DNA of 64,000 nt from the human T2T-CHM13v2.0 reference genome, Homo sapiens. The notes under the pieces are model-generated. The model did not search any database. It was not told the origin of the DNA and saw only the letters and a list, made by a program, of their open reading frames with translations. The stretch lies in NCBI RefSeq assembly GCF_009914755.1, contig NC_060930.1; one strand, written 5' to 3'. Both the position numbers and the translations under genes were made by a program. Shown piece by piece: positions 31,606 to 49,105 of the stretch (position 1 is its first letter; every line of letters begins with the position of its first letter).

Positions 31606-32209
31606 AAGAGAACCCCAGCCACTCACGCACACATCTTACATTCATTCATTCACCCTCCAAGGGGAAAGCACCTGAGCTGTGTCTGCTGCTTCCTACAGAA
31701 AGAGGACCATGTAGTGGGGAGCAAGGAGATGGGAGGCAGGTACAGTTGTTTTCAGGACAGAAAGGCTGGACAAAGAAGGGACAGCAAAAGCCAGATAGGT
31801 GAGAAACAAAGAATGAGATCAAGAAATATCAGTTGAGTGTTACTAGAGAACAAAAGAGGAAAGGGAGTAAGTAGCAGTGTCAAATTCCCAGTAAGGTCCA
31901 ATGTGGCAAGATTTGAAAAGCAGCAGCAGGGTGATAACTTTACCTTCTCCCCCTTTCAGTTCCAAAGTATCTACAGTTTTAATGCAAGTTTTACAGCACA
32001 TCCTATCAAGGTTCAAATGTTTCCATCAAAATGAAGCTCTGTATATATTACTCTATAGACCTACTCTGAAAAATGTTAAGGTATGTTATATTTTAGAGCA
32101 ATTGGGCCAGGAAAGATAAATCACCTAAACAAAAGCATTAAACTGTAAAATATTTGAAAGATCTATTTTTTTGAAGATATATATTAATTAAAGTTAGCCT
32201 GATATATAC

Positions 32210-34500
<2,291 letters not shown>

Positions 34501-34521
34501 AAAAATCATTCCCCATCATAA

Positions 34522-34863
<342 letters not shown>

Positions 34864-35036
34864 TAAGTATAAATAGTAAAGCTTCTAACTTTAAACAACC
34901 TTTAAAAAAAGCAATAATTCTCTTTTGTATAGTGACTTTCTATGTATAAAGAATTTTCATAAACATTGATGGAATCACACAGAATATTTAATAACTAAGC
35001 CTAAGCTTATGCCTTCTAACTATAAAAATCAGAGGG

Positions 35037-35302
35037 TTTTGGTTGGTTGGTTGTTTTGAGACAAGGTCTCACTCTGTCACCCAGGCTGGCGTGCAGTAGA
35101 ATGATCATAGCTGAGTGTACCCTCAAACTTTTGGGCTCAAGGTATCCTCCTGCCTCAGCCTCCTGAGTTGCTAGGACTACAGGCACATCACTATGCCAGG
35201 TAAATTTTTTAATTTTTTTTTAGATATAGGGTCTAACTGTGTTGCTCAGGCTGGTCTCAAACTCCTGGCCTCAAGAGATCCTCCTGCTTCAGCCTCCCAA
35301 GT
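35037..35302 (-). mobile_element. AluJ, 5'-truncated
   Basis: gatcatagctgag...gggctcaagg...actcctggcctcaagagatcctcctg. Confidence 0.88.
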
Positions 35303-36374
35303 GGAAAATCAGTGTTCTTTATGTTACCAGGCTGCCTTTCAAGCATCTTAGAGTTTGTTAGAAAATATAATCATTAATGTATCTGTTTCACCCAGTATTT
35401 ATTATGTGTGTATACCATCTACAAGGTGTATGTGGTGATGAGTCAGACACAGAGGCTGTGTACACTCAAAAGTGATTCCTTGTCTCTCCATTTGTGGTTT
35501 TCTTCTTGTTTCTTGCTGCTACTTCCCGGTCTCCATTGTGGGCTACTCTTTCCCTGCCCAAACCTTACATCATCTCCAAGATTCCATTCTGCTCTGTTGC
35601 ATTCTTGGTCGACACTCCATGCCTGGGCCATCTCATTCATTACATTTATTTCAGTTCTCAAGTACTGGTCAAACTGATGACTATCAAAATCATACTTCCA
35701 AGCCCAGATCTATGTTTGGAACCCAAGAACAGAAATCCATTGCACATCATAAACTTACTGGGATATTCTCTCTACTTCCTCAACTTCTGATTATTACTAA
35801 AGTAGATTGTGTGGCTCTGCTTCTTGGATCTTTACAAATTTATTCTCCCCTGTATTTTTTTCCTATTCCTTCCCTATTATCACCTAGTCATTAACACCAC
35901 TAAAGGCATTGACCTTAAAAAGAGAATTTTCACTGTCAGAGCAGGGGAATGACCTCAGTTACTACTTCACAGAGAACACAGAAGTGACCACATAGAAACT
36001 TCCTTGGCTTCCCTCTTGTTCTCTCCCAAATTCCTCACTATTCACCCATTTCCTTTCCTTTTTTCCTGACTCCTATTTTAGAAGTTGAGTCTCTTTTTCT
36101 TACAGAGATATTCTAGTAAAGCAGATAGGGGTGTAAGCGAGGTATTCCTTATAACTTCAAGTTTGCATGCTAAGAATGAAATTGAGAGAAATGTAATTAA
36201 TGAGATCAATCATCTGTACAAGAAATGTCCCTCAGTAATGAAAGGCCAAAGTGTTTCAGAATCATCAGCCTCGGTGCCCTCAGTGTCCTCTTGGAGAATC
36301 ATTAGCCTATTTAGGACTACAGGTAATCAACTGAATCATAAAGACATAAAATTTGGAGGCAGACATTAGTTTAA

Positions 36375-36545
36375 GTAATCCTAGTGAAACTACTTTTTGT
36401 ATAATTTTGTTTAATTTATCTAACTTTTCCATGCCTCAGCTTTCTCATTTGTAAAATAAGTTTGGTGGTATACACTTCACATAATTGTGAAGTTTAAATT
36501 AGAGAATTTACACATAACCTATACACAGTAAGTCTCAACAAACAA
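36375..36545 (+). mobile_element. MIR SINE
   Basis: atgcctcagctttctcatttgtaaaataag...gtgaagtttaaattagag. Confidence 0.7.
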
Positions 36546-37399
36546 TGATGGCTGAATCTGTAGTTGTAGAAATAGTACTGATTGGGGTCATTGTTGGTTT
36601 CACTATGTAAATAAGAACAATTATGAAGCATAGAAAAATGATTCAAAGGGGCAGATTTGACTGTGTACTATACAGCTGTCTACTGACCAATGGATCTAAA
36701 TTAGCCAGTCTCTTGATAGTTAGATTCCTGTGGACTACCATAGCTCAATACATTAAAATGATTCTATCAACTCTCATTATTCTGATTCTTTCCTCATCAA
36801 CCAATCTGCTTTTGGTAATTTGACTTCTTAGGTAACTTGCCTCTAGAAAGAGTCATAAACATTCTAGTCCTCTTGCCAAGTATACTTCTCATTTTAAAAA
36901 TAGATATTCTGGTTTACAACTCTCTTGTGAGTTTAATTGGTAGAGTTCATCCCTGAGAAACAGGATCTGCAGCCATATTGGCATAAAGTTCTTCCTCCAA
37001 AGAGCTGATAATCCAGCCACAGCTTAGCCTGACCTCACTGAAGTGATATCTGAGCATCCAGCCAGCTTCACGGGATGCCAGATCTGTGACATCGTCTTCT
37101 AAGTGCAACAAAAGTCCCCTTAGACCTGTGATGCCATCCCCATTAGCCCTTCAGTGATTCTCTCTCTCCCTTTTCTTTTGTCAAATTGCCCTTTTCTGGT
37201 TCCTCCGCCACTCCTTCCCACAAATAAATTTGTCTCTCTTTTTCTATAAATTATTTTATTTACTAGTTTTCTCCTCAAACTACTTTTCTTTTATCATACA
37301 TGCTTCTTCATTGCAAACCTTCTTTGAGGAGTAATTTCAGTGACATATGGCTGATTATACACACATGGAAACAAGATACTCTCCTCAAAATATTTAAAC

Positions 37400-40300
37400 A
37401 TAGAGAAATTTTTTAAAATAAATGCACCTAATTGAGTTCCAAAACCAAAAAGAGAAGCCTCCAGGTGCCATAAACAAAGGTAGATTCCACAGAGGTAAGC
37501 AAAAGATAAAACAAAAAGTCTCATGAAAGCTGAGACCACACATGGGCTGTAATTTGGGGGCACTGACAAAAGCAAAAGGCCCGGGAGCTAAGTCTTGCAC
37601 CTCACAAATAGGGGGAGGCTGAAACCTGCATGCATAGTTAAGTGCCAGAAGACAAAACTGGGCAAGATTTAGAAAATATAAAAGGTTGCCCATTACTATA
37701 AATGACAATAAGTCAATAAGTAAAAAACTCTGAATCTGAAGAAATATAATTAGAGAATAATATAAAAAGAACTTTGACAGTAAAATGTTTAAAATTTTCA
37801 AAGAGGTCAAAGAGAGACATAAAATAAAATCAGATAATCATGGAACAAAGGCACATTGTTGTAAAATATGAAAATTATGGAAATAAAATAGTGTCCTTTA
37901 AAATGAAAATCTCAACAAATGGGCTAAATGATGGACTTAATACAGGTGAAAATAAAGTTAAAAGAGAAAATTGAGAATGTCTCCTGTAGCATTGCAAAGA
38001 TAAAGAAATGAAAAATGTAGAAAGATGTAACCAATGAGGAGGATAAACTATCACTCATATTTTTCTGATAGGTCTTTGTAAAGTAAAGAGCAGAAGAAAT
38101 AAAGAACAGATGATACTAAAATAGACTGGCTGAGAATGTTACAGAGCTGAAAAAAAGATGATTTCTCAGATTTAAAAATCCACTGAATGCCAAGGTTCAA
38201 TGAAGTTTGTTTTAAAATATAGACATCAGAACAAGCTGTAGTAAAATTACAGATTATCAAAGAGGAAGAAAAATTCCCACAAGCTACTGAAGAGAAAGCA
38301 AACCTATAAAAGAAATAATAATAACACTGAGAGAACACTCCTATAAGCAACAGTGGATACCAGAAGAGACCATGTCATATACTCAAGGCGCTAAGTGAAA
38401 ATAAATATCAGTCTAGAATTTTATACCCATTTTTACTGACAAATCAAGAATCCTCTTTTAAAAAAGAAGCATCTAGAAAGTTTATTATCTACAGGTTCCC
38501 ATAGATAATACCACTAAGGAGATCCTTTACCAAGAACAATCAACCCAATGGGAAAGAACAAGATGTTAGAAGCAGATGTGACCAAATTAATTGATAATTA
38601 ATGTGTGATAAACCTACTATGTTGACAATCAACTATGAAATTAGCATTTGCAGATGTATTTTGAAACAACAACTATTATAGAAAAAAATGGTGTTGTGAG
38701 ATAATTCTCTGTCTCTTTTTGTTTCTGCAGGTCTCGTAAGCAGAGACACTGACTACCTTGTACGTGGAGTACCTCTATTTAGAGTAAAGGATAGTTTTCC
38801 TTACAGCCTTGGAAGACTGAGAGAGCATCTCCTCCCTAGAAAAGGACATCCATGCTTACTGCCCTTTATAAAAGATTCAAGCTTTCTAAGTTCAGGGTGT
38901 TGCTCCCTGTAATGAAACCCACTGTGTTTCCAAGTATCACCTGGCCCTCCCTCTTGATATCCCTCTTTGGGAACTGGGGCTCTAGGAACTGGGAAAGGCA
39001 ATGCCAATACTCTGGCTATTGCTATTACTCTGAGTAATAAAAGTTCCTCATCTCTGCCCCAGGTTGTGTATTCTAGCATCCATGGAACTGTAGCAAGCTA
39101 ACTTGTTAGTTTGCAAGTAGAGCGAAATCCAAGGCCCTTCACACATCTTGATACATGGGGTTGGAAAGGGAATTTAGATAAAACTAAGAAGATTATTTTG
39201 GGGGAAGAGGAAGAAAATATTAACTTTACAATATCTTGGGAAAATATAGGCATTCTTGTTAATGTATTTAAGTCACATTTCTAACTTTGAGAGTGGTATA
39301 GGAAATTAAGGGCAATTTAGTTTTCTAAATTTTTAATAATTTAGTATTTCAAAGGCAAGAAATGCAGGATAAAAACAAAGAGAAGGTAGAATAGAAACAT
39401 GTGTAAAATAGATTGGCAAAATATACATTCAAACATATAAACAAATAAATAAATGAGTACACCTAAAATAATTGAAGGAATGGGCTTCACTTGGTCCATT
39501 AGGAATTTTATTACAGTTAAATATTGCTAACAAGTAGATGATGTCACTATATACATCTAGCTAGCAAAAGCCACTAAAGGAGGTAAAGTGAGGAAAAATC
39601 ACACTCCAGAAGCTCTCAAATATCTTGGATGAGATGTTTGAAGAAAAAAGAAACTTAAAAGTCACGGATAAAAAGAAACATATTCTTAGATTGTGTTTTA
39701 CATATCTGGTTACATGTTATTTGCAAGAGCTGGGACTGAAACAAAGTGACACAGAATGTTTAAAATTAAAGAGTCAGAAAGAATATGTACCAGGAAATTA
39801 GTAACCAAAAAAAGGTTGGGATAATGGTATTTATGTCAACAAATTACCAAGACTGACTCAAAAATATAGAGAAAACCTAACTATACCAATAACCAGATAT
39901 ATAAATTAAGGCAGTGACCAAAATTTTCCCTTTCTTCCAGCACCCTACAACCCATATTCCCTCGTCAAGGAATCTGTCTCAAAAAACTTCATGGACAAAC
40001 TTTCAAAGAACGGAGAGTCCCTTCAAGGAACAGAGAGTATTATACTAGCAGTTCCAGAGAAATAAAAATAGTAATAGCCACTCACCTTACTTTATTAAGC
40101 CAATAAAACTCTGATATTGAAACTATCTGGCTACAAGAAAATAAATGCAACAGTCAATTTTACTTGTGAAAAAAAAATTCTATCAATGAAATTCATAGTA
40201 TTAATAGATTAAGGGAGAAAAGTCATATTACCACCTACTTTCTTTTTCACAAGAGGTCATTAAGCAATACCTAAATACATTTTTTAAGTGCAAACATTTA

Positions 40301-40710
40301 ATAAGATTCAATAATCATTCATGTTTTTTTACAACTGTTAACTTACAACTGGAAGGAAACTGTCTTACCCTAAGTAAATATATTTACAAATATCTTTATA
40401 TTTGTTTAAGGTTCATTATTAAGGATGGAACTTTAGAAGCATTCTCTTTAAAGAGAGCTATAAAAGAATTATTTTAACTGCATTCTATTACTTCTGTCAT
40501 GCATGTATTTTATTGGATAGACAAGTCAATACAATGATACAATAAAAGTAACAGGATGATCATAATTGTTCTTCTGCTGCTGTTGTTTGCAGGTTGTATG
40601 ATCACCTTCCCAGAAACCTGTGTGTATATGTGATTAGATGTTATAGAACTTAGAACATTCAACTAGGTTGCTGGATATATAAAAGATACATATATACCTA
40701 GACACTGCTT
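37400..40710 (+). mobile_element. Ancient L1M fragments (ORF1 and ORF2), interrupted by MER54
   Basis: ORF1 motifs (tctagaattttatacccat) and RT remnant (gtttgcaggttgtatgatc, FADDMI-like, ~40590). Confidence 0.6.
38692..39153 (+). mobile_element. MER54-like ERVL solo LTR
   Basis: tgttgtgagataattctc...agcagagacactgact...cagccttggaaga; AATAAA 39036-39041; 5-bp TSD aatgg/catgg. Confidence 0.75.
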
Positions 40711-41509
40711 ATGGACTGCCCATGGATAAGGCCACTGTGGGAGATAAAAGATCATCCACCAATGTACAACTTACTCATCTACTTCCTATTTCCCCATAGG
40801 CTGAGATGGGTCATCTAGCTCATCTGCCTCCCTCACCTGTGTGCCTAACTATTTCAGCATCATTTCAGCCCACTTTACAAAACAGCTGGCCTGAGTGTAG
40901 TAACATTCCCAAATTTGGATTTGTGCTTAGAAAACAGGACAGATTATCATTGCCTTTGCTATAAGCTGCACATTTCAAACAAGCCTCATCAGAAGTCAAC
41001 ACAAAGCACATTGGCAGTAACCCAGCTAATAAACAATATCTGGCTTTTTATTTGTCCCTTTTGGAATTTCAAGAGAGAAAGTTAATTAATTGAGACAAAT
41101 TTTGGCATTTCTTATTATTTCTCACTATAGCTTAGTAGTAACAAAATAACACCTAATGCTCATACATATTAACTTCCTCATGCGCACTCTCATTTTGTTC
41201 ATGCTATTACCTCGATCAAAACTAAGTTCTTCCTTTCTCAGTCAAGTTTGTTCCTTATAGAGATTCTGTTCAAAAGTATTCTCCTCTGTGTAACTTCCAG
41301 ATATTACCTAGTTTGAGTCAGCTCTGTGTTCTTATGTATTCATGTTTATGTCTACATCATGTCTACACATCTAGTTCCCCTATCGGATTGGACTGTATGT
41401 TTCATGCGGGCAAGAACATGATTTGTTTGTGCATCACTGTGGGGCATCAAGCATTGTATATATAGGAAATATTCTAACTATATCTGTGTGATATTTTGAA
41501 GTTGATCCC

Positions 41510-41670
41510 AGTGCTGTCTAGCAGTATTATTTTCAATTAATGGAAATGTTATACATTCAGTGTTCTCCAAAACTATAGCCACTATCCACATTTGACTAAT
41601 AAGCACTTGGAATGTGGCTGGTTTGACTGAGGAATTTTAAATTTTATTTTCTTCTAACTAATTTAAATGA
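41510..41670. mobile_element. MER3/MER33-like MITE fragment
   Basis: cagtgctgtctagcag...atggaaatgtt...tagccactatccacatttgactaataagcacttggaatgtggct. Confidence 0.7.
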
Positions 41671-43947
41671 AGATAATGGAGTTTGAAAGCTTTCTTATGA
41701 CAGAAAATGAAGATTATGTTAACTAATACGACATGCTATTTGCCTGAGCTGACAAATAACTGAAATCAAATTCAAATTTATGTCTAATTTTCGTTATCAT
41801 CTTGGGTGCCCAGTAGCATCCACTTGCTGCTCTTTTTTGATTGTCTGTGTGGTTGGAGTGAACCTTATTAGAAAGGGTAAACTAATGAAGGTTTTGAAGG
41901 ACTCGTAACCCTTGAATAGTGAGTATTGAAAACGTTCCAGGCATGCTTTATATTTTAAAAAATCAATTTATCTGAGGGAAAATTGTAGAAGATATAGGCA
42001 AAGACCTATACTTTATCTTGAACTTTATATCCAATCTATCCCATCTCCAATAATGTATTCAAGGATGTTGCCTAGTATTTTATTTCTTTCTCTGCAGCAT
42101 TATCAATCATTTCCTCTCTTTATTGATTCCCAGTACAATATAATTAAGCTCTTATTTCTCTGATCATAAAAGGAAAAAAATCTTCTTGTGACTCCTTTTC
42201 CACCTGCAGCATGCATCTCGTTTCTCTCATTTTTCAGTGATTGAGCATTTGCTTGATGTTTCTTCAATTAGTGGGTGGCATTGAACACAATTTGTATAGA
42301 CCAGACATTAGCATGTTGGAAAATTCAGGGTTCAATATTCAAGAACTCTCAGGGAGTTCCCAGTCCCTAAGAAAGCCTTTTGGGACACCATGCCAAGCTC
42401 ACTTCCCTCCTACCCATCTGGCAGCTCCTTCTTAGTCCCATTCATTAAATATGTCAGACAATTCACCCAAAGAGGTTAACAGCTTGTCAAAAGACCATGA
42501 TTAAGAATTGGAAGATTTGGAAACCAAGCTCCATTCTCCCTGACTTCCAAGCCAGTGCATATATTAATAATATTAAATACTTTAATAGAACATTGGATAG
42601 GGAAGGGCCCAGAAACAGCTATTTTCTATTTGACTGTGCCCCGAGGAAGGGAAAGGACAAGATTAGAGAAAGATTGCTTCTTAGACGCAGTTGCCTCATC
42701 TAAAACATTCACTTGACATGCACATTGTGTGAGATTCCCTAGTTCTCCAAATTAATAGCATGTGGTCCATCCTAGGATACAAAAACTTTATTATTGGGGT
42801 CATTTGCAATTGATATGGTCCACAGCATCAGAAAACTAGGGGCAGAGGAGAGTCAACTTAATTGAAATGATACTTTCAGGCAAGTGCACAGTGGGACTAT
42901 GGGACGATTAAGTTCTCATGACCAGTAAATGGTTGTTTCCTCCCAGACATAAACAGAGTTGCAATTACCATATGAGCCACCTACACAAGGATGTAAGCCT
43001 AATACCTGACATTTGTTTAGTACTGTTTGCTTTGAAAAATCTTGCAAAATCTTTATTCTTTCATTTAATGTAAATGGCAGTGGAATAAATTGACATGGTA
43101 AATATTTACAGCTTGCTCAAAAATCACTTTGAAAATTTCCCACTAGTGTATCAGCTTCACACCTGGCTCCCGTAGCCTGTAAAATGATTTTCCTCCAAGT
43201 GAGCATCAAGGTGTTTGTCCTTAATCTGTGTGGTTCTACTAGGCCTGGAGTCTGCTGACTTTACTGTTGTTTTTCTTCCTTTCCACTGATAGAAATTTCT
43301 AGAATTAGAGGTAGTGAGTTATGAAACACAGAGTTTGTTCTATAAGGGTAATGGAGCTATGAAATATTTTCTCTTCTGGTCCAAAGCACACAAATGAGCT
43401 AGAAGTCTAGGGCATTAGGCAAAGTCCATCTGTTGAGTCAGGCATTTGGCCAAAAAAAGACAAAGATTTCCTTTTTCCTGCATGGACATTTTCTTAAATT
43501 TAAGTACTCCTAGTAGAAGAGTCTAAAGCTGAGCGGTGATGATGATATTGAATGTGCTGAAGAATAATGTCTTTTTTTCAGTACTTTATTCCTGCATATT
43601 CTCATACTCAACCTCAACCACCACCAAGTCTTCTATGACCTTCCAAAGAGCCAGGCCCATTTTACATGTTTCACAGGGCTAATACAACTGGCTGGCAAGC
43701 TATACTACACATTAACAAGGCTGGACCAGGCTGTGCCAGCCATGTGCGCACATAGATGCCTAAGCTCACTCCTTTGCTAGCCATAAATAAGGTGCATATC
43801 ACAGGCCTCTTAAGAATTATGTTTTAGTTTTCAAGTATATTTTGGAGTTCACCAAAAAAGCATGGAATTGTTAGAGGAACTGGGGTAGGCAGTGAAGATG
43901 GAAGTGGGGGTGGGGAACAAGCCTTTACAAACACTGTTTTTCCATAG

Positions 43948-45487
<1,540 letters not shown>

Positions 45488-45659
45488 AGGGTAGATTAAT
45501 TACTACAAAAAACTTAGGTACTTTTAGGAGAAGATTTTATTTTGAATAAAAATAACACATTTCAAGGTTTTCTTTATTAAAATATTCTTCATGTAACTGA
45601 ATATTTATATTTGCCACTGGATTAATTTGTTGCATTGTTTATCTCAATATGTCACAGCA

Positions 45660-45858
45660 ACGGGAATGGTTCCCTTATATCCTCCAACTCTGTGCTCCCA
45701 AGGCATCCTGTACTTGTGGTTACCTGCTCAATGAATGTCTTTCCTACCGTACCTACTGTACTGTAAGCTCCAGGAGTACCAGAGCTGATCTGCTCCCCAC
45801 TGTACACCTGCATCTGGAATAGTACCTGACACATGGTTGACATTTAATACATGAACAG
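45660..45858 (+). mobile_element. L2 3' end
   Basis: actgtaagctccaggag...atagtacctgacacatggttgacatttaatacatgaa. Confidence 0.7.
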
Positions 45859-46337
45859 TTTCTTTTTGTGCATGAAGTTTGCTCCTTACTCAATATTGAA
45901 TGTTCAGTTAATTCTGTCAAAAAAATTCTAAAATTGTATATAAATATTCACAAATGCCACAAGTCCGACTCTTCAAATTTCCAATGCTGATTTTATGACA
46001 GAAATGAAGATTAGGTGTAATGCAGCATGTCACAATACCAAACATCATGAGAAAAACCTGAATGCATAATGTGCTGTGTGATTCTGACCATGATGGAACA
46101 TGAAGATAGATTCACCTCAACTAGAAAGTAGTATTTACCTACAATAACTAGCAGGGCGTAGGCAGTATTTCTGGGAGAAGTAGAGTTGTTACAGATTTGA
46201 AACACTAACGATATCAGTTATCACTAGAGGTTATCCAAAAGTGAAGGGGCACAACAGCAATGCTGTGTTTGCAACTGAGGCAGGTGAATTTTGACTGAAA
46301 GCTCACCCCACTCACAAACAGGAAAATTGAGCTGATA

Positions 46338-46412
46338 GAGAGGGAGACAGGGAGGAAAAGAGAGAGGGCGGAAGGAAGAGACAGAGGGAGGAAAGCAGAA
46401 GAGGAAAGAGGA
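46338..46412. repeat. GA-rich low-complexity purine tract
   Basis: gagagggagacagggaggaaaagagagagggcggaaggaagag... Confidence 0.7.
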
Positions 46413-46950
46413 ATAAAGAACACACGACACAGGAGAAAGGAGAAAGTTATTTCCAAGGCCACTTAATACAAATCTACATTAGCTTCTTGTTACATTAACT
46501 AGAACATAATGGCTACTGTATTTCACAAAAGAAGGCACTTTGAGCTAACATATACAGGGCTCAGGAATACTAGTCAACAATAACCTGTAGAATTAGCTCA
46601 GACCTAACTTGGGAATGCATTAAGATTTAGTTGTGGAACTCTCAGGACAAATCTGGATTGTGGAACTCTCCTCCAGAGGTTAATTTGCATGACAAACCCA
46701 AATCTCTCTTGGGTAGGAATCTGCCCTCAGGCTGAAGCAGAGGAAGCAATTTCAAGTATTGCATCCTCTAGTGAGCACAGCCCCACAAGAAAAACACATC
46801 CCCATGAGGATAAGCAACAGTCCTGTTGGTTAAATGCTGCTTGAGCTCTATAAAATAATTTACTTAAAGGAAGCAGGCTCTACCTTTCCTCAGATACACA
46901 GATACGTCTTCAGCCTCAGAGCCCGTGAACTTGGCTCAAAACTAGGATAA

Positions 46951-47285
46951 TAATCTTTTAACAGTGTTTTGCAAACAAACAAAAAGAGAAAAATCCCAGC
47001 CAGGGGAACTCGCCACCTGCCCACGCTAGTTCCATCCACGCTCAAGACCCGCCCTTAGACCAGGCAGGCAAAGGCCCCCATCACACTCGGCCACTAGTGG
47101 GGTCCTGAGGCCAAGAAAGAAACCAGACCCTGTATGACAAGTGGGGTCTTTCAGAACACGACAGAAACAGGGGGGCCCTTGTAATGCCACTCATACTCAG
47201 AGCATTATTCTTATTTGGACAGCCAAGGGCAGATCACAGGTTATTGTAGGAATAAAGACTAGTTTACAAAGGAAAAAAAAAAAAA
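46951..47285 (+). pseudogene. Orphan retrocopy of a non-repeat transcript 3' end (5'-truncated processed pseudogene or orphan 3' transduction); source unknown
   Basis: AATAAA 47251-47256, A-run 47273-47289, perfect 13-bp TSD aaaactaggataa at 46938-46950 and 47286-47298; six CpGs retained. Confidence 0.88.
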
Positions 47286-47664
47286 AAAACTAGGATAAAT
47301 GACTGTGATAAAAGAGAAGTGTCTGACAGCCATCAGGAGCACAAATGGTTCTGAATTGAATCTGGGAAGTATGTGTCCCCAGAGAAAGGAGGAAGCTTTT
47401 CCATTTAGTAGGACACCTGGCCCAACACTGGGCAGCAGATTATCTGTCTTCAAAGACAAGAACAGCTTTGGACTTCCCTGCAGCTGTGGCTTTGGCATCC
47501 ACAAATATTGCAAAGTAGAGTTTTGGCAATGTCAAGGGACACATTTGTAGAAGTTTTCCAGAATCATTCTCACCATCATAACTCAACTGTTCCTCAGCAT
47601 CCTGAGACACCACTAGAGATTCCTTCAAAGGAGGACTGAGAGCTGTGTAATCCTAGGGAGATGT

Positions 47665-49105
47665 TGTTAACCAAAAAAAGCCAAATCTTGTAAAAAAAAA
47701 TTTGAAGAGATTTATTCTGAGTGAAATGTGAAGACCATTGTCAGAGGTGTTTGAGCCAGAACAACTCCATCTTGAATAGGGGCTAGGTAAAATAAGGCTG
47801 AGACCTACTGGGCTGCATTCCCAAATGGTTAAGGCATTTTTAGGCACAGGATGAGATAGGAGGTCGGCACAAGACACAGGTCATAAAGACACTGCTAATA
47901 AAACCAGTTGCAGTAAAAAAGCCGGCTAAAACCTACCAAAACCAAGATGGTGACGATAGGGACCTCTGCTCATCCTCACTACTGTACTCCCACCAGCGCC
48001 ATGACAGTTTACAAATGCCATGGCAACATCAGGAAGTTACCCTATACAGTCTAAAAAAGAGAGGCATGAATGATCCACCTCTTGTTTAGCATATAACCAA
48101 GAAATAACCATAAAAATGGGCAACCAGCAGCCCTGGACGCTGCTCTGTCTAAGGAGTCGCCATTCTTTCATTCCTTTAGTTTCCTAATAAACTTGCTTTT
48201 ACTTTACAGACTCTCCCTGAATTCTTTCTTGCATGAGATCCAAGAACCTTCTCTTGGAGTCTGGATCGGGACCCCTTTCTGATAACACCATAACCCATGA
48301 CACAGCCTCAGGAGGTCCTGAGAACATGTGCCCAAGGTAGTTGGGTTACAGCTTGGTTTTATACGTTTTAGGGAGACATAAGACATCAATCAATACATGT
48401 GAAGTAAACATGGGTTTGTCCTAGAAAGGCAGGATATCTCTAAGTAGGGTGTGGGTAGGGGATGTCTTTCAGATCATAGGTGGATTTCAAGTTTTTCTGG
48501 TTGGCAATCTGTTGAAAGAGTTAACTTATTATCTAAAGACTTGGAATCAGTAAACATGAGTGTATGAGTTAAAATAAGGTGTTGTGGAGACCAAGGATCT
48601 TATTATATAGATTAAGTCTCATGTGTGGCTGCCTTTAGAGACAATAGATGGCAAATATTTTCTATTTAGACTTTTAAGAGGTGCCAGACACTCCAGAAAA
48701 GACCCAGTAAGGGAAAGAGGTGCTCCAGAGAATGCAGATTTCTACCACAAGAGACAGCTTTGCAGGGCCATTTCAAAATATGTCAGGGAAACATATTTGG
48801 GGGTAAAATATTTTTATTTCTTTCTTTACCTGTCATGTGATGTTATACTAGAGTCAAGTTGGAATTTGTTATCTTATTGCTAGAGGACTCTGTTCTGTCA
48901 GTCTTAGGATCTCTATTTTAATGTTAATACTGGTCAGTCCTGTCTAAACTCCAAGAGAGAGAGGGCATAATGAGGCCTGTCTGACGTACCTACCCCCTTC
49001 CTATCATGGCCTGGACTCATTTTTCTGGTTTCTTTGGAAGCCTGTTGGCCTAGAGAGGGGTCTATTCAGTCAGTTGGGGGCTTAGAATTTTATTTTTGGC
49101 TTACA
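47665..49105 (-). mobile_element. MER4-family ERV1 solo LTR (host of MER41A)
   Basis: tgttaacc...gaagagatttattctgag / gacacagcctcaggaggtcctgagaacatgtgcccaagg...cttagaattttatttttggcttaca; TSD atgt at 47661-47664 and 49106-49109. Confidence 0.88.
47739..48287 (+). mobile_element. MER41A solo LTR nested in MER4
   Basis: tgtcagaggtgtttgagccagaacaactccatcttgaatagg...gggacccctttctgataaca; TSD ccat; lacks the tandem GAS segment of MER41B. Confidence 0.88.

Noticed and set aside
40374-40387. 14-bp AT-rich palindrome gtaaatatatttac
   Set aside because: Low complexity inside decayed L1; expected by chance in AT-rich DNA.
40565-40600. Splice-acceptor-like tgttgtttgcag
   Set aside because: It is the decayed L1 RT LFADDM codon stretch; no supporting exon structure.
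47739-48287. MER41 as an interferon-gamma/STAT1 enhancer
   Set aside because: At ~48060 the sequence reads gagaggcatgaat, lacking the tandem TTCNNNGAA segment of MER41B.
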